DNA of 64,000 nucleotides from positions 310,001 through 374,000 of the forward strand of contig CAXKVF010000080.1 of assembly GCA_964057225.1 (NCBI GenBank), read 5' to 3'. The notes under the pieces were generated by a model that saw only the letters and a program-made list of their open reading frames with translations, was not told the origin of the DNA and made no database searches. The translations under genes were made by a program, and so were the position numbers. The DNA is from Auanema rhodensis. Its lineage: Eukaryota; Animalia; Nematoda. Shown here piece by piece: positions 54,901-64,000 of this stretch (position 1 is the stretch's first letter; every line of letters starts with the position of its first letter).

Positions 54901-57900
54901 CGTGAAAGATAAAGAGATGCGGTTTTCAAAATTAGATTCCCCATGTCCATATTAGTTTAAAAACAAATTTTTATTGATATTGGTGCATGGTAACCATGAC
55001 TTTGAAATTTACGTGAACTTTAATTTATGCTAATTAAATGTACACGTGATGTGCACTTGGTATGTAACTCGCTTCACGTGAAAGATAAAGAGATGCGGTT
55101 TTCAAAATTAGATTCCCCATGTCCATATTAGTCTAAAAACAAATTTTTATTGATATTGGTTCATGGTAACCATGACTTTGAAATTTACGTGAACTTTAAT
55201 TTATGCTAATTAAATGTACACGTGATGTGCACTTGGTATGTAACTCGCTTCACGTGAAAGAAGAAGAGATGCGGTTTTCAAAATTAGATTCCCCATGTCC
55301 ATATTAGTCTAAAAACAAATTTTAATTGATATTGGTTCATGGTAACCATGACTTTGAAATTTACGTGAACTTTAATTTATGCTAATTAAATGTACACGTG
55401 ATGTGCACTTGGTATGTAACTCGCTTCACGTGAAAGATAAAGAGATGCGGTTTTCAAAATTAGATTCCCCATGTCCATATTAGTCTAAAAACAAATTTTT
55501 ATTGATATTGGTGCATGGTAACCATGACTTTGAAATTTACGTGAACTTTAATTTATGCTAATTAAATGTACACGTGATGTGCACTTGGTATGTAACTCGC
55601 TTCACGTGAAAGATAAAGAGATGCGGTTTTCAAAATTAGATTTTTCCATGTCCATATTAGTCTAAAAACAAATTTTTATTGATATTGGTTCATGGTAACC
55701 ATGACTTTGAAATTTACGTGAACTTTAATTTATGCTAATTAAATGTACACGTGATGTGCACTTGGTATGTAACTCGCTTCACGTGAAAGATAAAGAGATG
55801 CGGTTTTCAAAATTAGATTCCCCATGTCCATATTAGTCTAAAAACAAATTTTTATTGATATTGGTTCATGGTAACCATGACTTTGAAATTTACGTGAACT
55901 TTAATTTATGCTAATTAAATGTACACGTGATGTGCACTTGGTATGTAACTCGCTTCACGTGAAAGAAGAAGAGATGCGGTTTTCAAAATTAGATTCCCCA
56001 TGTCCATATTAGTCTAAAAACAAATTTTTATTGATATTGGTTCATGGTAACCATGACTTTGAAATTTACGTGAACTTTAATTTATGCTAATTAAATGTAC
56101 ACGTGATGTGCACTTGGTATGTAACTCGCTTCACGTGAAAGATAAAGAGATGCGGTTTTCAAAATTAGATTCCCCATGTCCATATTAGTCTAAAAACAAA
56201 TTTTTATTGATATTGGTGCATGGTAACCATGACTTTGAAATTTACGTGAACTTTAATTTATGCTAATTAAATGTACACGTGATGTGCACTTGGTATGTAA
56301 CTCGCTTCACGTGAAAGATAAAGAGATGCGGTTTTCAAAATTAGATTTTTCCATGTCCATATTAGTCTAAAAACAAATTTTTATTGATATTGGTTCATGG
56401 TAACCATGACTTTGAAATTTACGTGAACTTTAATTTATGCTAATTAAATGTACACGTGATGTGCACTTGGTATGTAACTCGCTTCACGTGAAAGATAAAG
56501 AGATGCGGTTTTCAAAATTAGATTCCCCATGTCCATATTAGTCTAAAAACAAATTTTTATTGATATTGGTTCATGGTAACCATGACTTTGAAATTTACGT
56601 GAACTTTAATTTATGCTAATTAAATGTACACGTGATGTGCACTTGGTATGTAACTCGCTTCACGTGAAAGATAAAGAGATGCGGTTTTCAAAATTAGATT
56701 CCCCATGTCCATATTAGTCCAAAAACAAATTTTTATTGATATTGCTTCATGGTAACCATGACTTTGAAATTTACGTGAACTTTAATTTATGCTAATTAAA
56801 TGTACACGTGATGTGCACTTGGTATGTAACTCGCTTCACGTGAAAGATAAAGAGATGCGGTTTTCAAAATTAGATTCCCCATGTCCATATTAGTCTAAAA
56901 ACAAATTTTTATTGATATTGGTGCATGGTAACCATGACTTTGAAATTTACGTGAACTTTAATTTATGCTAATTAAATGTACACGTGATGTGCACTTGGTA
57001 TGTAACTCGCTTCACGTGAAAGAAGAAGAGATGCGGTTTTCAAAATTAGATTCCCCATGTCCATATTAGTCTAAAAACAAATTTTTATTGATATTGGTTC
57101 ATGGTAACCATGACTTTGAAATTTACGTGAACTTTAATTTATGCTAATTAAATGTACACGTGATGTGCACTTGGTATGTAACTCGCTTCACGTGAAAGAA
57201 AAAGAGATGCGGTTTTCAAAATTAGATTCCCCATGTCCATATTAGTTTAAAAACAAATTTTTATTGATATTGGTGCATGGTAACCATGACTTTGAAATTT
57301 ACGTGAACTTTAATTTATGCTAATTAAATGTACACGTGATGTGCACTTGGTATGTAACTCGCTTCACGTGAAAGATAAAGAGATGCGGTTTTCAAAATTA
57401 GATTCCCCATGTCCATATTAGTCTAAAAACAAATTTTTATTGATATTGGTTCATGGTAACCATGACTTTGAAATTTACGTGAACTTTAATTTATGCTAAT
57501 TAAATGTACACGTGATGTGCACTTGGTATGTAACTCGCTTCACGTGAAAGAAGAAGAGATGCGGTTTTCAAAATTAGATTCCCCATGTCTATATTAGTCT
57601 AAAAACAAATTTTAATTGATATTGGTTCATGGTAACCATGACTTTGAAATTTACGTGAACTTTAATTTATGCTAATTAAATGTACACGTGATGTGCACTT
57701 GGTATGTAACTCGCTTCACGTGAAAGATAAAGAGATGCGGTTTTCAAAATTAGATTCCCCGTGTCCATATTAGTCTAAAAACAAATTTTTATTGATATTG
57801 GTGCATGGTAACCATGACTTTGAAATTTACGTGAACTTTAATTTATGCTAATTAAATGTACACGTGATGTGCACTTGGTATGTAACTCGCTTCACGTGAA

Positions 57901-59318
57901 AGATAAAGAGATGCGGTTTTCAAAATTAGATTTTTCCATGTCCATATTAGTCTAAAAACAAATTTTTATTGATATTGGTTCATGGTAACCATGACTTTGA
58001 AATTTACGTGAACTTTAATTTATGCTAATTAAATGTACACGTGATGTGCACTTGGTATGTAACTCGCTTCACGTGAAAGATAAAGAGATGCGGTTTTCAA
58101 AATTAGATTCCCCATGTCCATATTAGTCTAAAAACAAATTTTTATTGATATTGGTTCATGGTAACCATGACTTTGAAATTTACGTGAACTTTAATTTATG
58201 CTAATTAAATGTACACGTGATGTGCACTTGGTATGTAACTCGCTTCACGTGAAAGAAGAAGAGATGCGGTTTTCAAAATTAGATTCCCCATGTCCATATT
58301 AGTCTAAAAACAAATTTTTATTGATATTGGTTCATGGTAACCATGACTTTGAAATTTACGTGAACTTTAATTTATGCTAATTAAATGTACACGTGATGTG
58401 CACTTGGTATGTAACTCGCTTCACGTGAAAGATAAAGAGATGCGGTTTTCAAAATTAGATTCCCCATGTCCATATTAGTCTAAAAACAAATTTTTATTGA
58501 TATTGGTTCATGGTAACCATGACTTTGAAATTTACGTGAACTTTAATTTATGCTAATTAAATGTACACGTGATGTGCACTTGGTATGTAACTCGCTTCAC
58601 GTGAAAGATAAAGAGATGCGGTTTTCAAAATTAGATTCCCCATGTCCATATTAGTTTAAAAACAAATTTTTATTGATATTGGTGCATGGTAACCATGACT
58701 TTGAAATTTACGTGAACTTTAATTTATGCTAATTAAATGTACACGTGATGTGCACTTGGTATGTAACTCGCTTCACGTGAAAGATAAAGAGATGCGGTTT
58801 TCAAAATTAGATTCCCCATGTCCATATTAGTCTAAAAACAAATTTTTATTGATATTGGTTCATGGTAACCATGACTTTGAAATTTACGTGAACTTTAATT
58901 TATGCTAATTAAATGTACACGTGATGTGCACTTGGTATGTAACTCGCTTCACGTGAAAGAAGAAGAGATGCGGTTTTCAAAATTAGATTCCCCATGTCCA
59001 TATTAGTCTAAAAACAAATTTTAATTGATATTGGTTCATGGTAACCATGACTTTGAAATTTACGTGAACTTTAATTTATGCTAATTAAATGTACACGTGA
59101 TGTGCACTTGGTATGTAACTCGCTTCACGTGAAAGATAAAGAGATGCGGTTTTCAAAATTAGATTCCCCGTGTCCATATTAGTCTAAAAACAAATTTTTA
59201 TTGATATTGGTGCATGGTAACCATGACTTTGAAATTTACGTGAACTTTAATTTATGCTAATTAAATGTACACGTGATGTGCACTTGGTATGTAACTCGCT
59301 TCACGTGAAAGATAAAGA

Positions 59319-60728
59319 GATGCGGTTTTCAAAATTAGATTTTTCCATGTCCATATTAGTCTAAAAACAAATTTTTATTGATATTGGTTCATGGTAACCA
59401 TGACTTTGAAATTTACGTGAACTTTAATTTATGCTAATTAAATGTACACGTGATGTGCACTTGGTATGTAACTCGCTTCACGTGAAAGATAAAGAGATGC
59501 GGTTTTCAAAATTAGATTCCCCATGTCCATATTAGTCTAAAAACAAATTTTTATTGATATTGGTTCATGGTAACCATGACTTTGAAATTTACGTGAACTT
59601 TAATTTATGCTAATTAAATGTACACGTGATGTGCACTTGGTATGTAACTCGCTTCACGTGAAAGAAGAAGAGATGCGGTTTTCAAAATTAGATTCCCCAT
59701 GTCCATATTAGTCTAAAAACAAATTTTTATTGATATTGGTTCATGGTAACCATGACTTTGAAATTTACGTGAACTTTAATTTATGCTAATTAAATGTACA
59801 CGTGATGTGCACTTGGTATGTAACTCGCTTCACGTGAAAGATAAAGAGATGCGGTTTTCAAAATTAGATTCCCCATGTCCATATTAGTCTAAAAACAAAT
59901 TTTTATTGATATTGGTGCATGGTAACCATGACTTTGAAATTTACGTGAACTTTAATTTATGCTAATTAAATGTACACGTGATGTGCACTTGGTATGTAAC
60001 TCGCTTCACGTGAAAGATAAAGAGATGCGGTTTTCAAAATTAGATTTTTCCATGTCCATATTAGTCTAAAAACAAATTTTTATTGATATTGGTTCATGGT
60101 AACCATGACTTTGAAATTTACGTGAACTTTAATTTATGCTAATTAAATGTACACGTGATGTGCACTTGGTATGTAACTCGCTTCACGTGAAAGATAAAGA
60201 GATGCGGTTTTCAAAATTAGATTCCCCATGTCCATATTAGTCTAAAAACAAATTTTTATTGATATTGCTTCATGGTAACCATGACTTTGAAATTTACGTG
60301 AACTTTAATTTATGCTAATTAAATGTACACGTGATGTGCACTTGGTATGTAACTCGCTTCACGTGAAAGAAGAAGAGATGCGGTTTTCAAAATTAGATTC
60401 CCCATGTCCATATTAGTCTAAAAACAAATTTTTATTGATATTGGTTCATGGTAACCATGACTTTGAAATTTACGTGAACTTTAATTTATGCTAATTAAAT
60501 GTACACGTGATGTGCACTTGGTATGTAACTCGCTTCACGTGAAAGATAAAGAGATGCGGTTTTCAAAATTAGATTCCCCATGTCCATATTAGTCTAAAAA
60601 CAAATTTTTATTGATATTGGTGCATGGTAACCATGACTTTGAAATTTACGTGAACTTTAATTTATGCTAATTAAATGTACACGTGATGTGCACTTGGTAT
60701 GTAACTCGCTTCACGTGAAAGATAAAGA
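59319..60728. repeat. Two tandem units of the 705-bp 4-mer higher-order repeat (177+176+176+176)
   Basis: 177-bp monomers start at 59319, 60024 and 60729, a 705-bp spacing. The same unit occurs at 51921, 55620, 62486 and 63191. Confidence 0.85.
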
Positions 60729-63700
60729 GATGCGGTTTTCAAAATTAGATTTTTCCATGTCCATATTAGTCTAAAAACAAATTTTTATTGATATTGGTTC
60801 ATGGTAACCATGACTTTGAAATTTACGTGAACTTTAATTTATGCTAATTAAATGTACACGTGATGTGCACTTGGTATGTAACTCGCTTCACGTGAAAGAT
60901 AAAGAGATGCGGTTTTCAAAATTAGATTCCCCATGTCCATATTAGTCTAAAAACAAATTTTTATTGATATTGCTTCATGGTAACCATGACTTTGAAATTT
61001 ACGTGAACTTTAATTTATGCTAATTAAATGTACACGTGATGTGCACTTGGTATGTAACTCGCTTCACGTGAAAGATAAAGAGATGCGGTTTTCAAAATTA
61101 GATTCCCCCTGTCCATATTAGTCTAAAAACAAATTTTTATTGATATTGCTTCATGGTAACCATTACTTTGAAATTTACGTGAACTTTAATTTATGCTAAT
61201 TAAATGTACACGTGATGTGCACTTGGTATGTAACTCGCTTCACGTGAAAGATAAAGAGATGCGGTTTTCAAAATTAGATTCCCCATGTCCATATTAGTCT
61301 AAAAACAAATTTTTATTGATATTGCTTCATGGTAACCATGACTTTGAAATTTACGTGAACTTTAATTTATGCTAATTAAATGTACACGTGATGTGCACTT
61401 GGTATGTAACTCGCTTCACGTGAAAGATAAAGAGATGCGGTTTTCAAAATTATATTCCCCATGTCCATATTAGTCTAAAAACAAATTTTTATTGATATTG
61501 GTGCATGGTAACCATGACTTTGAAATTTACGTGAAAATTTATGCTAATTAAATGTACACGTGATGTGCACTTGGTATGTAACTCGCTTCACGTGAAAGAT
61601 GAAGAGATGCGGTTTTCAAAATTAGATTCCCCATGTCCATATTAGTCTAAAAACCAATTTTTATTGATATTGCTTCATGGTAACCATGACTTTGAAATTT
61701 ACGTGAACTTTAATTTATGCTAATTAAATGTACACGTGATGTGCACTTGGTATGTAACTCGCTTCACGTGAAAGATAAAGAGATGCGGTTTTCAAAATTA
61801 GATTCCCCATGTCCATATTAGTTTAAAAACAAATTTTTATTGATATTGGTGCATGGTAACCATGACTTTGAAATTTACGTGAACTTTAATTTATGCTAAT
61901 TAAATGTACACGTGATGTGCACTTGGTATGTAACTCGCTTCACGTGAAAGATAAAGAGATGCGGTTTTCAAAATTAGATTCCCCATGTCCATATTAGTCT
62001 AAAAACAAATTTTTATTGATATTGGTTCATGGTAACCATGACTTTGAAATTTACGTGAACTTTAATTTATGCTAATTAAATGTACACGTGATGTGCACTT
62101 GGTATGTAACTCGCTTCACGTGAAAGAAGAAGAGATGCGGTTTTCAAAATTAGATTCCCCATGTCCATATTAGTCTAAAAACAAATTTTAATTGATATTG
62201 GTTCATGGTAACCATGACTTTGAAATTTACGTGAACTTTAATTTATGCTAATTAAATGTACACGTGATGTGCACTTGGTATGTAACTCGCTTCACGTGAA
62301 AGATAAAGAGATGCGGTTTTCAAAATTAGATTCCCCGTGTCCATATTAGTCTAAAAACAAATTTTTATTGATATTGGTGCATGGTAACCATGACTTTGAA
62401 ATTTACGTGAACTTTAATTTATGCTAATTAAATGTACACGTGATGTGCACTTGGTATGTAACTCGCTTCACGTGAAAGATAAAGAGATGCGGTTTTCAAA
62501 ATTAGATTTTTCCATGTCCATATTAGTCTAAAAACAAATTTTTATTGATATTGGTTCATGGTAACCATGACTTTGAAATTTACGTGAACTTTAATTTATG
62601 CTAATTAAATGTACACGTGATGTGCACTTGGTATGTAACTCGCTTCACGTGAAAGATAAAGAGATGCGGTTTTCAAAATTAGATTCCCCATGTCCATATT
62701 AGTCTAAAAACAAATTTTTATTGATATTGGTTCATGGTAACCATGACTTTGAAATTTACGTGAACTTTAATTTATGCTAATTAAATGTACACGTGATGTG
62801 CACTTGGTATGTAACTCGCTTCACGTGAAAGAAGAAGAGATGCGGTTTTCAAAATTAGATTCCCCATGTCCATATTAGTCTAAAAACAAATTTTTATTGA
62901 TATTGGTTCATGGTAACCATGACTTTGAAATTTACGTGAACTTTAATTTATGCTAATTAAATGTACACGTGATGTGCACTTGGTATGTAACTCGCTTCAC
63001 GTGAAAGATAAAGAGATGCGGTTTTCAAAATTAGATTCCCCATGTCCATATTAGTCTAAAAACAAATTTTTATTGATATTGGTGCATGGTAACCATGACT
63101 TTGAAATTTACGTGAACTTTAATTTATGCTAATTAAATGTACACGTGATGTGCACTTGGTATGTAACTCGCTTCACGTGAAAGATAAAGAGATGCGGTTT
63201 TCAAAATTAGATTTTTCCATGTCCATATTAGTCTAAAAACAAATTTTTATTGATATTGGTTCATGGTAACCATGACTTTGAAATTTACGTGAACTTTAAT
63301 TTATGCTAATTAAATGTACACGTGATGTGCACTTGGTATGTAACTCGCTTCACGTGAAAGATAAAGAGATGCGGTTTTCAAAATTAGATTCCCCATGTCC
63401 ATATTAGTCTAAAAACAAATTTTTATTGATATTGCTTCATGGTAACCATGACTTTGAAATTTACGTGAACTTTAATTTATGCTAATTAAATGTACACGTG
63501 ATGTGCACTTGGTATGTAACTCGCTTCACGTGAAAGAAGAAGAGATGCGGTTTTCAAAATTAGATTCCCCATGTCCATATTAGTCTAAAAACAAATTTTT
63601 ATTGATATTGGTTCATGGTAACCATGACTTTGAAATTTACGTGAACTTTAATTTATGCTAATTAAATGTACACGTGATGTGCACTTGGTATGTAACTCGC

Positions 63701-64000
63701 TTCACGTGAAAGATAAAGAGATGCGGTTTTCAAAATTAGATTCCCCATGTCCATATTAGTCTAAAAACAAATTTTTATTGATATTGGTGCATGGTAACCA
63801 TGACTTTGAAATTTACGTGAACTTTAATTTATGCTAATTAAATGTACACGTGATGTGCACTTGGTATGTAACTCGCTTCACGTGAAAGATAAAGAGATGC
63901 GGTTTTCAAAATTAGATTTTTCCATGTCCATATTAGTCTAAAAACAAATTTTTATTGATATTGGTTCATGGTAACCATGACTTTGAAATTTACGTGAACT

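Larger units (their letters stand above)
1..64000. repeat. Tandem satellite DNA array, 176-bp monomer, ~363.6 copies, head-to-tail; candidate centromeric/pericentromeric satellite
   Basis: GATGCGGTTT recurs at 1, 177, 353 and so on; printed lines at 2641, 5281, 7921 ... 50161 (steps of 15x176) all begin in the same register. No non-repeat sequence is seen and both window ends lie inside the array. The confidence refers to the tandem repeat; the centromeric role is inference only. Confidence 0.99.
47345..64000. repeat. Right sub-domain: GAAGAAG end variant, C42T, T57A and 177-bp monomers; C state rare
   Basis: TA171-172AG is seen only 3 times before 48 kb and is frequent afterwards. C42T, T57A and the 177-bp monomer occur only here. 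A44C is last seen at ~50204. Confidence 0.85.

Noticed and set aside
1-64000. CRISPR array or other repeat-spacer system
   Set aside because: There are no unique spacers; the sequence between palindromes is as invariant as the palindromes, and no cas genes are present.
1-64000. Tandem RNA gene cluster (5S rRNA, tRNA, snRNA, spliced leader)
   Set aside because: I recognise no similarity to these RNAs, no Pol III A/B/C boxes and no cloverleaf. An Rfam cmscan of a monomer dimer would settle it.
1-64000. Rolling-circle or sequencing concatemer artefact
   Set aside because: Variants are shared, linked and arranged in nested blocks and domains with almost no homopolymer indels, which random error on one template would not produce. 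Local mis-assembly of individual blocks cannot be excluded.
1-64000. G/T/C monomer order as an information-bearing code
   Set aside because: The order is adequately explained by block duplications and whole-monomer deletions; nothing suggests a read-out mechanism.

Overview
The whole window is one uninterrupted, head-to-tail, single-orientation satellite DNA array. It holds about 363 complete copies plus one partial copy of an AT-rich (~32% GC) 176-bp monomer. Copy 1 (positions 1-176) reads GATGCGGTTTTCAAAATTAGATTCCCCATGTCCATATTAGTCTAAAAACAAATTTTTATTGATATTGGTGCATGGTAACCATGACTTTGAAATTTACGTGAACTTTAATTTATGCTAATTAAATGTACACGTGATGTGCACTTGGTATGTAACTCGCTTCACGTGAAAGATAAAGA. Copies differ from each other by only about 0-4 nt. 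I see no genes, RNA genes, transposon insertions, inversions or CRISPR spacers. Monomer length, homogeneity and dyad content resemble a young eukaryotic centromeric or pericentromeric satellite, but this is inference and I cannot name the family or organism. The information lies in the order of monomer variants. Three main states at monomer positions 67-70 (GGTG = G, GGTT = T, GCTT = C) plus linked SNPs reveal nested multi-monomer duplications of 3 to 26 monomers, three sub-domains with different variant sets, a perfectly kept 176-bp register for the first 51.9 kb, and a 177-bp variant that marks an emerging 705-bp 4-mer higher-order repeat in the last 12 kb. I found no evidence for a new gene-based system. 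Monomer typing was done by eye, so a few variants may have been missed.
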